This document shows positions 26,301 through 39,648 of a stretch of DNA of 64,000 nucleotides, piece by piece. The notes below the pieces were generated by a model, which worked only from the letters and a program-made list of their open reading frames with translations, ran no database searches and was not told the DNA's origin. Every line of letters begins with the position of its first letter. Positions within the stretch are counted from its first letter, which is position 1. The translations under genes were made by a program, and so were the position numbers. This DNA is from Nymphaea colorata (Eukaryota): the NCBI RefSeq assembly GCF_008831285.2, contig NC_045138.2, positions 42,656,001 to 42,720,000 on the forward strand, written 5' to 3'.

Positions 26301-26699
26301 TCAAAAGAATGAACCATAAGAAAGAAAGAGGTAGGTAGCTGATTTAATTGGAAGGGCAAGTTTTACATTTTTGGCATGGAGGATATAAAACCACACATAA
26401 ATACTTGCCCTTCTTGTGGGGTCATATAATAATCAGCTGGTATTAGTTCATTAAACAAGATGACTAGCTAGCAAGTAGGCAAGTGCCCCAAAAGGAGTTC
26501 AAAATTTCAATTAAAATTATTGTATTAACTTAATAAGTCAAGAAAAAGGAGTGACGAACTAAGAAGAGTTAATGCTTTAACTTTTAGAATGTTCAAACTA
26601 CAATGGCTTTAATGATCCTACATAGATATATCGCAATAGGAATATATCAATTCTTAGCTACATGATAGGGGTATATTGAACATTCAAACTAAGAATAAT

Positions 26700-28450
26700 T
26701 AATGTTTTAGCTCCAACCTCCATATGTAATGATATATTGAAGTATAAGGTGTTGGATAAAGTAGCAACAACATACCAGTTATGAAGTCAAATCTAATATA
26801 AGAACATTGCAAGAAACAACAGGACAACATCATAATTTGAGATGAATAGAGTTGCTTGAGATGCACCTACACCATGAGGAATTGAACCCCAACATTCCAG
26901 CTTAAAAGAAAGACCACTAAATTAAAAGTGAATTAAAAGGGCTGAAGAACCTAACACAAAAAGACCCATAGATGGCATAACAACATTAATAGCTAGAAAT
27001 GTAAAAGTGCAACTGGCTCTATATTTGATAGAGGATGCTTGATGAGCTAGGACCTTGGAAAATCCCAATATTTCATATCGATGAGATTTAACAAGAATTT
27101 TAGATCCTTGTTTGAAAAATGCATGGATTACAACATGGTTTTGTAATCCTTGCATATGGATTCTGATCCACTACTCAACCAAATGCCTCATAGATGATAC
27201 AATGTGTATAACAGAAAAACTTGAAATAAAAAAAAAACATATTAAGAAAAAGGACAATCAGAATAGAATGAGAAAAGCAAGAAGGGGAACGAAGAGAAAG
27301 CAACAAAGCAATTTTAGAAGAGTGAAAAAAACTTTCTGATATTTAATATATTATGTGAAAACTCATATAAGCCCCAAATTTTGGGTAGTGTGACAAAAAA
27401 TGGCTGAAGTTGCCACCAATTTTTGGTTGGAACAAGTCAAGTATTTGTAGATCAATTGCTGAAAAATCCATTTATTGTAATCAAAGAATACCTTCATTAG
27501 ATGGTAACTTAATTACTGTGATGCAACACATCCAAAAATCTTAAAGACCTTGTCTGATTATGGCTTGCAACTTTCTCCCAACGCAGAACAGCCATGTCTT
27601 CAGCTCTCGCTATTAGCAGAAGCAATTTGTGACCAATTTCTATTTAATGCTTTGAAAGATATGGTTGCAAAAGGCCTTGTATATCCACATTAGTTGTTCC
27701 TTATCTAGTGATAGACACAAAAACCAATAAATACTTATCCAAGCGATTACTGCCAATGAGAAGATTGTGGATTGTTGTCAAATGATACCTTTGTTCTAGG
27801 GTATTGTAGATAGATAAAGAATGCCATTTCCCATACATTGGCATCTTTGAAAGAAGAGTACAACAATCAGGGAGACAGTATGGATTGGAAAATGACATTA
27901 AATAGCAGGTTTTTCCCAAGAAATAATACAATGATATAAAAGCATCTTCTAGTATCCTAACACTGTCAACATTGCAGCTAGAATCATACAGAATGAAGCT
28001 TATTTCATTCATGACTATGGTGATATGAAATTCAAAGTCTCCATCTAGATTGTTTTAAGATCAGAACATGGAACCACAACTAAGTAGGTACTTGGTAAGA
28101 CATAGGGAATGAATTAGCATAACTGCAATTTGTGATACTATGCTCTTTGTCCAACAGATATTGTTGGTGAGTGTCCATACCAACTGCTGAAAAGAAGAAC
28201 ATGCATGGAAATTACATGAAGTATCAACATTGGCATTGTAGTAAATTTAAAACTGCATTTTGATATGATGTTTACCGAGAAACATCCGCCTAGTTTTAGA
28301 AAATGTTTCAGCTGCTGATAAAAAACAATGGCAGGACTGAACTATCAAGCTGCAAAACTAAGGGAGCCTCAAGCAAAAGATGTTCATGCAAGCCTGCTGA
28401 GATCATACAATCCGGCATCTAGTAGATGGAAAGAATAGTGTGCCAAATGC
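26700..28450 (-). mobile_element. Highly degraded L1-type LINE ORF2 fragment (boundaries approximate)
   Basis: Minus strand near 27540-27590 reads, with a frameshift, WEKV-CKP..FLD, resembling plant L1 W.KVCKPK..GGLG.. Upstream are weak YFLG and GSNRL motifs. Confidence 0.45.
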
Positions 28451-28599
28451 ATACTAAAGGCAAGTGGCAATATGTGAAGAGGGATTTCAATGAGGGCATC
28501 AATAACGATGAATTGGAAGGATTCCCTAGAAAATTTAGTAAGTTCAGAGGAGCCGACAACCCGCATGTGCATTAGGGAATCTTCTTTGTAGAATGTGGC

Positions 28600-31500
28600 A
28601 AATATAGGGATAATGATAAGACCCTATTTTTCTATTTTCTAAGAAGTTTAGAGGGTGAGGCCACTCAATGGTACATGGAACATATGGACTCCTTCCGAAT
28701 GAAGGACTTTGATGACATCATGAATGGTTTCAAAGACAATAGACAAGTTCTAGACCAATTGCTCAGTGGTCCCACGATTGATACACTTATGGGGATTTAG
28801 CAGGAGCCAGGTGAGTCTTGTAGAGACTATATTCAATGCTGGAAGCCCATCTTAAAGTGAAAATGAAGACGACTGTGGTTGAAGATTACACTCTCACCAT
28901 GATTCTTGGGGGTTTTCAGAAGCATGTCCGGCATCACCTCGTATATCATGAATACGAGACTTTTTATGACTTGGCCAAAAAGGTTGAGAGGATAGAAGGA
29001 GTTTTTGAGATGAAATATCTTAAAAGTGAAACTGGACACAATTATAATCAAAGGAAAATAAGAAAATGGGCAAGTCTTAGGTGCACGCCACTTGCATTGT
29101 AAAAAATGGGTCCTGCATCTATCAGTGGGGCTGTGAAGCCACAAACATAGCAGCCAAATATCAAAGAACAAAGTAGAGGGGATGTCAAGAACAAGTCTTC
29201 ATCATCCAAGAATTATGAGAAACCTCTAGGATGAACGAAAAATAGGAAGTTCACCTTTATGGAATACAACAAGAGCAAGCCGTTAAAACTACACTATCTC
29301 AAAAACCTGTGCAAGCTCCTAAGAATGGTGGATCCACCAAAACTAAGAGGGAAGAGTGACCAGTTCTACAAGTTCCATGAGTTTTGAGGCACAATACAAA
29401 TAATTGTATTACTTTGAAACACATTATTCTAGACTATCGTGAAAAGGAGATCTTAGTAGAGGGAGATTCCCAACAAGTGTTGAAAGACCCATTCTCAATT
29501 CATGAGAACTTTACAAACATGGTGGATACATCACCATTTGTCCCCCAAAATCATGGTTGGCCATTTACACAAGAATGAAAGGCTATAATGGCTATCAATC
29601 AAGAGGTATCACCAGAAAGTTTCTAAGAATCTGGTAAGTGGAAATGTCAACTATCAAGAAACTGGTGTATAAGCCTAAACAAATTGCGGCAGAAACAACA
29701 TAGATCAAGAAGCTGACTTTGTGATGGAGGGCTAAGACAGCTAGGGAAGCAGCAAAGCAACGTAAGTGCTCACATGCAATTGAGGAGTGGGTGACAAGTA
29801 AGGCCTTCAATATTACTTTGAATGTGTCGGTCTTGACTGAACCAATGCCTCAGCCACACACCATCATTCTAAGAAAAATAAGACCATTCCATAGATATTG
29901 GCACAAACATTGAACTTAGTGATGGTCAATGCACCAATCACCTTCTCAAATGATGATTTGCCTAAACCACACCAATTTCATAATAATGCCCTGTATATTG
30001 TGGTATGAGCTCGTGGGATGAATACCCCACATGTGTTGATCAATGCAGTCAGTAGTTTGCATATCTACTTATATTTCATAGCAAAAGCACTAGGACTCAA
30101 TGATGTGGACTATACGATACACAATACAACCAATTTTCGGTTTGAGCAAAGCCATCCGTTTGTTAAGGAACACATTTATCTAGATACGTCCACCAACTAT
30201 ACAGTTCACATAGTCTAATTTCATGTTGTAGAAGTCTTTCAAACCTATATTCAATTTTTGGGCTGCCCCTGAATATATTAGTCAAATGCAATACCCTCCA
30301 CATTGCACCAATGCATGAAATGGAGCTGTGGAGAAGTAATCACTACTGTCTTGACATAAGATTTAGAAGAGGGGAAACCTCAGCCCATGGTTCCTAGACC
30401 AATATATATAGTTCAAGCTTCTAATGTGGGACAAAATGAAGAAATAAATCTTTTGGATAGTTTAAAATGCCTTAGAATGGTGGAACCTACGAGTGAAGTA
30501 AACAACATCAATTGGAGTGGAACAACCTTATTCAAGAACAAAGGAAGGGTCTGTGTATACTTCTTTAAGAATAATCCATTATATGAAAGATTTGTGGAGA
30601 TGCTATAAGGTTTTTACATGATTATTCACATAGGCTACAAGCCCTATAAAGGCCCAGGAGCCCATAAAGTTGGTCCAATTGAGCCTCTCAGTAGCAGGTC
30701 TGGTCAGCATGGCACTACCAAACTCAGCTGCTAAGGGAAGGCTTCAGACCAATAGTCTAAGAAGAATAAGAAAAAGTGGGAGGCTTAGATTGCAAAGTTG
30801 TGACTAGAGTGTTTTTCCTATTTGGTTTTCCTTTTCTTTGTTTTGCCTCTTGGATTTGTATGGATAGTGGGGGTTCCACCCTTCCTTCTAGAATTAATAA
30901 AGTCATGGTATCTTTCTTCAACATATGTTTCTTCTTCTTCTCTTGTCATAAACCTCTCCTCTCTATGCGTATTTGTTCTCTATCATCATTTTATAGGAAC
31001 CACTGTGGCATCTCGGCTAATTTAGAAGTTGATGCTCAATCCCAAAATCTTTGGGCCAAGAAACAATGCGTAGTCATTGAGCCAAAGAAAGAAGCAACAC
31101 AGACTATGCAGATGGAACTGGCCAAACAAGAAGATTGTACTGAACAAGTGCAAGAAGGATAAACATTAGAATCATTAGAAATTCTAGAGCTAGAACACAT
31201 CAAAAAGAAGATCAACCTTCCACCATGTTGAATGGTCTTACAAAAGATATCAACATTGGTAAAAATGAAAAACCTAGGATCCTACAAATCGGTGCTAACT
31301 TGTGCATACAATAAGAAAGCAGATTGATCTTGGTCCTTCAGCACCAGAAAGAAATATTCACATGGACTTACAAAGATATGCCGAAACTACAACTAAACTG
31401 GTTGAACACTGACTAATCATAAAATTTGGAAGCTAACCAATAAAACAAAAATTGAGAAGCTCAATTCTAGAGTTAAAGATAAAGTCAACGAAAGCTTAGA

Positions 31501-34500
31501 AGATCTCCTAAAGGGCAAGTTTATTGGGCCTATCAACCTACTAGAGAGCAATGGCTACCATTTATGCATGATCAGATGCATAAATTCATGGATGCCTATG
31601 TAGATGACATTTTGGTCAAGCAAAAACCCAGGATGACCATGTCTATGTCCTCAAACAAGTATTTGACTGGTTGATTCTGTACAAGTCAAATCAAATCCAT
31701 AGAAGTGTATTTTCGGTATTGAATCAGGAAATCTACTTGGCTACATGGTTAGCAAGAAAGGGATCAAGGTAGACTAGTTAAAGCCAAAGTCATTATTAAG
31801 ATGCCTGCTCTGAGGAAGAGCTATGCAGCTTGCAAAACAGAAAACTAGGTCATCTGAAGGTTAATTTCTAATTTGGCCCTCAGATGCGAGGGATTTAATC
31901 ACCTGCTCGGGAAAGGCATCAAATTTTAGCAGGAGCCACAATGTTAATATTTTCTTAATCCTCTTATTCTTCAAACACCAGATTAGGAAGACCCCTCCTA
32001 TTATACATCTCAATGAATGATTTAGCTTATAGTAGATTCCTGGCACAATACAAAAAAAGGTTGTAAGGATCAAACATGTAATCTATTATATCAGTAATAC
32101 ATTCGTACAATATTTAAAAACATATTCAACCATGGAAAAGACATGTTTGGCACTCGTTTGGATGTTCTCAAAAACTTAGGCTTTATCTGTTATCTTGTGA
32201 GGTAAAGGTCATTTCCAAATTAAACCCTCTCAAATACATCCTAGAATAGTGATACTATTGACCATGTAAAATTTCACAAGCTTACATGTCATGACCATTC
32301 ATATAGGATGAATAAAAAATGATCAAAATATTTACTTGTCTCTTTATTCTTATTGCGGGAATTTATGAAGATAGAGCTAGACTCGTCAGCATGAGATCTG
32401 ACCATTTTTGCTGCCTTTAACAAGGGAAATCAGATCAATGTCCAGATTAAATATTAAAGGTCCCAAAAATATGATTGTTGTCAAACCTAAATGTAAAATG
32501 GATTATTGAATTTGAAAATCATAAGTTTTTGAAAACTAAGTGGATCATCAGATGTTGGAAAGCATGAACAAGAAATTCTTGAATCAAATAACATAGTTCA
32601 TGATCTGTGTCATCACACAACATGTAAGAACTGATTCCTATACCTAATATGTATGTATGCAAAACTACATTCATTACACAATCGAGATCTTGTTTCTAAG
32701 TTCCGGATGTGGACCTAGGAATATCTTGATTCAAAATTCAAATCTAAATATTGTCTAAGAATGATCCAAACATTCAGTATTTGATCTAGATAGAAGGTTT
32801 AGATTTAGGATTATTCCAATAGAGCTTTAGGTTCAAAACCTAAATGAGGGTTGATCCAATTAAGAAATGATTCTTTAATCCAAATTCATGATCTGAATCC
32901 AAAATTAGGCATGACGACCCAATTTCAGGGTGTATATTCTAAGGTCGAGAATAAGCGTTTCAGATCTTGATCCAACTTGTCATGAGATCCAAATCCAAAA
33001 GATTGACATGGAATCCAAATCTAGAATCCAATTCTTATAAGATTTGAGTTCAATAATCTAATTCCTTTGATCCAAGTTGTATCCAAATCCGATCTCATAC
33101 TTGATCTATTTAAATCCAACTCATTGAGATTTGGTTCCAATTCCTCCAAGATCCACACATCTAGCGTTATTAGGGTTGGGGTTAAACTTGGCTAGGGTTT
33201 AAATCTAACCTTACTGAGGTTTGGATTTGACCTAACTAGTGTGTATGTTCATCCTACTAAGGTTCAACCTTAGATACATAATTGTGGACTCAATATCAAG
33301 TCTTGGTTAAGATATTGAGAGAAGACTATGGTTTTAAGTTTGTTTGATACTAAGGATTAGATAACAATTATGAATGAATATAGGTTTTGTAAAAGTATGT
33401 TTGAAATAGGTTGGGTTGAAATGTGCACTGAAAACTATGATTATAAAATCTGTAGTTTCATATAATCAACTTAAGTCAAGTATACATATGGGATATTGCT
33501 GCATATGTATACTTGATGATCTTAACTTGATTAATATGAAACCTAAATCTATGTGCATTTTTAGAATCAATGAATTCATTACTAAAGCAAGCTACATGAA
33601 TGCACATAATTATCCACATTACTAAAAATAAAACTAGGCCAAATATATATATATATATATAGACACATAAATGGTATGATATTTCATAACAATTATGAAA
33701 TTCAGATTGAAAATGAGGCTTTGGCTTGATAAATCAAGTTTGGTGAGAAGGGCATATTGCCACAAGCTCATTCAAAACCCTAGATTTACATACTGAAGTC
33801 CAAATGCAAGATTTTTGAATTAATGCACATTTAACAATGCATGATACAATTAATCAAATGAACATATATTAAAACCCTAAAGTGATGTTCACATGATTAA
33901 CCACATATATTTGGGATTTCTCCATAACAAAAAGTAAAGAAGTTTAAGTTAAAAATAAAAAAAATCAAATGGAAAATCTCTAACTATGTGAGAAACAAAA
34001 ATTTGGCCATGTCCTAGAAAACTGTTATCTGTTTTCTATAGCTAAATTGGTTGGTCTCAAAAGATAGAAAAATGGCATCCAATCTTCACGAAATTTGGGT
34101 GAAAGATCTTCACATATCAGATAATCAGGTCCAAGTGATAAATCAAAAAAATCTATTTTTTACAAAAAGAATTAAACAAGAAATTCATTGTAGAAAACAA
34201 ATTTTCTGCAGAAAACAATTTTACTGCAATGTTTTTTTACATGAGTCAAAACATATTTAAACAACTTAGATTGACAGGAAATTTGGACTATGGATTTTCT
34301 ACATAATAGAGAATCCACAGGATTTGTAGACCCAAAAAATAATGAGAGATTAAAAAGGTATTATTCTATAAATTTGCTACATAAATAACAATTTGTAGAC
34401 AGGGTAAAAAATTTGACTACCAATAAATAATAAAATAGTTTAATAACCCATGTCACATGAATGCAAAAGTTAATGTAATGATAACCGATGGTTATCAAAC

Positions 34501-35852
34501 TTGCTATACTTACTCTTTCAACATCAAGCTTCCAACTACATTTGAAATTTTTGAAAAAACCTAATTGAAAAAAAAGATATGGACTAAAAAACATGAGCTA
34601 TTAAATAGTTCTCTGCAGAAAATGAGAGAACATGAAAACGGAAAATAGTTCACATCACATACTTTCCTGATGCGAAAAACAAATCAAATTTACATAGATT
34701 AACGTAAAATTTTATCTAAAATTTCTACATATATTGAGGAATCTACAAAACTTGAAATCACAAGAATAGACCTTCAGATGAGAAAATTATGCATCTGACA
34801 AGTTGATACAAAAGACTTGAAAAGATAAAATTTTGTAGAAAACCCATCTTGATCAGAAATTTATTTTGTAGGTTCTCTACATACCAAAGAATCTTAGAAA
34901 CTTTAGATCTGAAATTGAACTTCAAACATTAAAATGAAAAAAGTGGCAAAGTTACTAAAAATCATATTTTTTGTAAAGAACTGTTTAAGCACCAAATTTG
35001 TGATCCCATTTGAAAGTTATAGAAAACATAGTTTTGGATAAAAATTTGGAAATAGACTCTTGAAAGGATAGAAATAATGAACTTAAAACCATCTAAAAAG
35101 AGTAACCACACAAAGAGAAAGAAATGTGTACAGTTAAGCAGAAATACTGTTTTCAGTAGAGTTCTGTAGAAAGTTGCAGAAAACATATCTTTCCAAAACG
35201 TTGAATTAAGGGACAAAATCAAAATAAAATCACATAAAAGTTTTAGGTAAAAGAACTGGACACCTATAGTGAACTCCAGGCTTTTATAGAACTCAATTTG
35301 GGCCTCCAGATTGAGATAACTAGGTTAATCAACCCAAGAAAATTTCAGGACTTAGTTCTATCAAAAATTGGATACAGAATAACTAGTTTATAAAATTGAT
35401 GTGATAAAGAGGTCAAATCTTAATGAAGTTGCATGAAAATTGGTAGGCACATATTAGACACACACACAAAACCATGTTTTTCTATGGATTGTAATTCTGG
35501 TTTGAGAGATATAGCCTTTAAAGTTAGGGAAAAATCAGGCTTATGACAGCAAGTCCAATTTTTACCTAACTTAAATTTAACATCTCTTAAACTAGACTTT
35601 ATTGAAAATCCCCAAATATGATGAAATTAACCACGTCAATCAATTAACTAATTATATTAACAAAGAATTAAAATAACATCTAAGCACATAAATCAAACTA
35701 AACACAAATAAAATAAAGCAAAACAAATGCAATATGCATGGAAGTAAAGAACAACATGCATGTGCATGTGCATTGTGATCTATGTAAAAGGAAAAATGCT
35801 ACTGAAGAACAAAGAGATGTGAAAGAGAAGGATGATGTCCACGTGAGATCCA

Positions 35853-35883
<31 letters not shown>

Positions 35884-38800
35884 ATTCATGCCTTTTCTCT
35901 TATAAGATAGTAGAAAATCATGGCAAAGAAAGAGAATCTAAGTTAGCAAAAGAATAAGGAATCAACTAAGTAAATCAAGATAGAGATGAGAGCACTTGCC
36001 TTAGAAAAGCATGCCAAAGAAAGGCAATAGGGGCTGCACGACCCCCAGCCCCTATTTATAAGGATTTTTTGCTGATTTTCAACCAATTCTAACTAATTAA
36101 AATTTTAGAAAATGAAAACAAAGACTAATGAGGTGTTAGACAGATCAACAATTGAGATCTGCATAGAAATCTGATCAAAGGCCCACATGTTATGAGATAA
36201 TTTTGATTTTTCAGCATAATAACAAGAAAATATGAGTGGGGGCAGCACCCCTAAGGTTGGCTTTTGTAACATATGAAAGACCCTAGCCAGCTCTGAATTG
36301 ACCCTATTCAAGATGGATCAGGCCAGGATTTTTGATCGATGATCTTATGTTTGATCAAGATTCTAACATGAATTCTAAGCATTAATTTGGATTTTGGATT
36401 TAAATAATAGGTTTAGATCTTTATTTTGATCAATAAAAATGATTTTGGATATCAGATATGAGATCTAGATCTGAAACAGTGCAGATTATAGATCTACTTT
36501 GCACATTTGGAGGCTAAATTCAAGATTTGAGATTCATGTGTAGGACCTGCCTCAGCCTAGGCTTGCTCTAGGTCTGGGCTAGGTTGGACGTAGATCCAAA
36601 CCAGGAATAGGTAAATTGAGTTTAGTTTTAGGTCAAACTGAGCTGATTGACTCCAAGTTGGGTTCAAGGTGGGTTCATGCTCTGCATGAGCCATACTAGG
36701 CTCAATCTTGGTGCATGAAATATTTAAGTTAAGTTTATGCAGTTCCTAACTTAGAAAAATATGAAAATAATGTACATTTGGCCAAATGATGATTTTGCCG
36801 CTGATGAAAAACCCATGTTTTGCTAGTTAGGTTGGGTATTGAACCATGTAGGATCAAAGACAATGTAAAAATATGTGCTCATATAAAATTTTAATTAAAA
36901 AATGACTTGATTTTCCCTTAAAAAAGTGGAATTTTCAAAATTAACCAAGATTTAAATTGGAAATGTGAACGGAAAAATGAAAAATAGTGATTATGTCCTT
37001 GTTTGTGAGAAAATAAATGTAGTATACTCTATTCAAGTGATATTGAATCCGTCGGTGTGCTTGGATAGAGAATCAAGGTTCTAGATTGATCAGAATTTAG
37101 CTTTGAAGCCACAAGTCATGATGTCTGGATTCAGACAAGTTCGTGTGCTCGATGGCAGTGATCGATTGTATGATCCTAGGGTGCTCCTCTTATTTGAACC
37201 AAATCTGATAATACTCTGTTGAGATGTTTTTGGTCACACTGATGTAAATAAATCACTATTTTGAATTTCCAGTTGTGAGAATTTCAGCTCAAAAGTTTGA
37301 GCTGTCACTGAAAGCTCGAGACAAGTAAGAGAAATGAGTGGAAGTGCAAAATGAACTGGATTATGGATGAGTGCATCCAAATTGAGCTAAAGATAGTCAG
37401 TTCTAACACTGGAGAATATGTTACCAGCTCTGCCTAAATTAACCTACCCCATATTGATAGAATTTTAGTTGAGACACTCAAAATTGAAGAGAAATAGTGA
37501 CTTTGGTGTTAGGACAACTCCGTAGAGCTCAAATTACTAAGAGTAAGCAGAAAATAACTTTGAAAATACTCTTCTAGCAACGAGAAAACTTTAATGTGAG
37601 CTCCATAGTTCTGCCAATGTGTTAGTGACAAGAATTACACGAATCACTGATCTAGTGAGCTCATTTCAGCTGAAATGAAGGGAAATGAGAGGTTGATGAT
37701 GGGAATGGCCATAGAAATTTGAGGTTTCACTAAAAATACTTTACTGACACTAAAAAAGGTTTGAACGTAAACTTTTGAGAACAATAGATGATCTAACATA
37801 AAGAAATTGCTGACAAATAGTAGAAATGGGCCATTTTGAGCAAAGATCAACCAAATGTGAATTGAAAAATGGGTTGTAGAAGCTCTTGTGGTTTGCAAAT
37901 GTGAGAATTTTCATAATTGAAATGGTAGAACACAATTCTCAGGTGTTATAGAGATATTTCATGAAATTGGATCAAATTTGGGCAAAATAAAGATGTTTAG
38001 GGCCAAAATGGTCATTTTTTGACCAGCAATGGGTTGGGTGATCTGGTTCCAACTGCCTAACATTTGGATGATGAAGTTTGTGTCTGTGTGATCTTTGGCT
38101 TATGCAATTGAAAATATTTTGAGAAAATCAGCACAAAATCCTCCATTTATTGGGTTAAAATGGTCATTTTAAAAATGAAAAATTTGGGGTGTCTATAGAT
38201 ACCTTAGTGGCAGGTAGAACAAGTTTCTTAGAAATTAATCAGGGGATGGGCGTTAACAGATTAGTTAGCAAACTTCCCTTTGGTAGAAGAATTAAAAATT
38301 GATGATAATTTTCTAGAAGAACAGGTGCTTTATGTGGCCCCTACACCTGTACAGACACTCTTCTTTGATGGATCCAAGAATAAGGCTAGAATTGGAATTT
38401 GAATTCCCTTGCTCTAGCCAAAGAATGAGATGATTCCCTACTCTCTATGAATTTCACCTATATTCATAATATGGTAGAATGCAAGGCTAATTCATGGACT
38501 CTAAATGCTACTCAAATTCAAAGTAAACATGGTTTGTGCCTATAGTGACTCTCTTCTCATCACTAACCAAGTGAATGAAGAGTGGAAAGTCAAAGTCATG
38601 AAATTAATGCCCTATTAAGAAGGCACCAGAGCATAAATAAAGCAATTTGAAGGGTTTCAACTCTTCCATGTTAGAAGAGAGTTCAATCAGTTAGTGGACA
38701 AATTGGCAAGTTTAGGATTAATTATCATGTTCAAGGGAGCAGAGCCATGTAGAGCTTTCGAAGTTGGGAGACTCACACCACCAGATTATGAACTAAAAGA

Positions 38801-38890
38801 ACAAGCCAATCCAGTAGAATCCCAAGTGTTGTGGTATCTGACATTTTATTGGAATTTCCACGTGGAGCTAAGGATGCTTGGAAAAGCTAT
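28600..38890 (+). mobile_element. Ty3/Gypsy Tat/Ogre gag-pol remnant (gag, PR, G-patch-like, RT, RH, archaeal-type RH), split by a solo LTR
   Basis: QEPGES gag motif, YKFHEF..HNTNNC knuckle, ITFSNDDL..HNNALY and AIPSTLHQCMK protease region, IFTWTYKDMP and AYVDDIL RT, YSTMEKTCLAL RH. After 38198: LFFDGS, AYSDSLLITNQVNEEWKVK and HVRREFNQLVDKLASLG (aRH). Confidence 0.88.
32256..38197. mobile_element. Solo LTR of an Ogre/Tat-like family (~5.94 kb)
   Basis: Perfect 5-bp TSD GATAC (32251-32255, 38198-38202). Termini tattgac...gtctata (degenerate TGTTGAC...GTCTACA). No retro-coding content. Removal rejoins the RH motif PLKYILE..LSGR. Confidence 0.85.
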
Positions 38891-39648
38891 CTATCTATAA
38901 GCATGTGCTAAAAGATCAAAGAAATTTAATTTAATTTTGTAAAATTGAGCTCGATGGCAATTTATGGAGAGTAGCAAGTACAACGAGTGAACTCCATGTC
39001 CTTCATAAGTAAATTAAACTCAAACTGGAAATAATGAAGTTAAACCGAAATAACGGAATATTGATTTACATGATAAACATTGTTTTAGTTTAGATTCAGC
39101 TCACTCCATCGAGTTGATCTTAAATTCAGCTGAAACTCCTGAACACAGGTGAGAGACCTTGGAACTGAATTGAACTCACATGGGAATGGATGAACTCAAA
39201 CAAAACTAAAGGCAACTTGATTTATACATGATAAACATGGTCCCACCTCGTTTAGCTCAAGCCTTTGGGTTGAGTTCAAATTTAGCTCAAACCCTTATAA
39301 ACAGTAGGGAGTTGAAAAATGAAAGACAACTATCTCAAACATATCTCAGGCTATTGGCTGAAAAGTTTTTTATCTTACGTGAACAAAATCATGCAAAGAA
39401 ATTTTATCAAAATTTTACAAGCATTCCACATGCACTCACATTTATGTGAAGTTTTCACACTTCAACGCACACATGCATATAAGTACATGCATTTCACAAG
39501 CATTTTAGAAGTCCACATCTATTTTAACAAGAACTCACGTTTTATATTGCAAGATTTCCGCACTTTGGTGCACATAAGGTTACAAGTACCTGCACCTAAA
39601 TGTAGAGATTTTTACAAAAATTTTCACAAGCATCGCACAAGTATGCAC

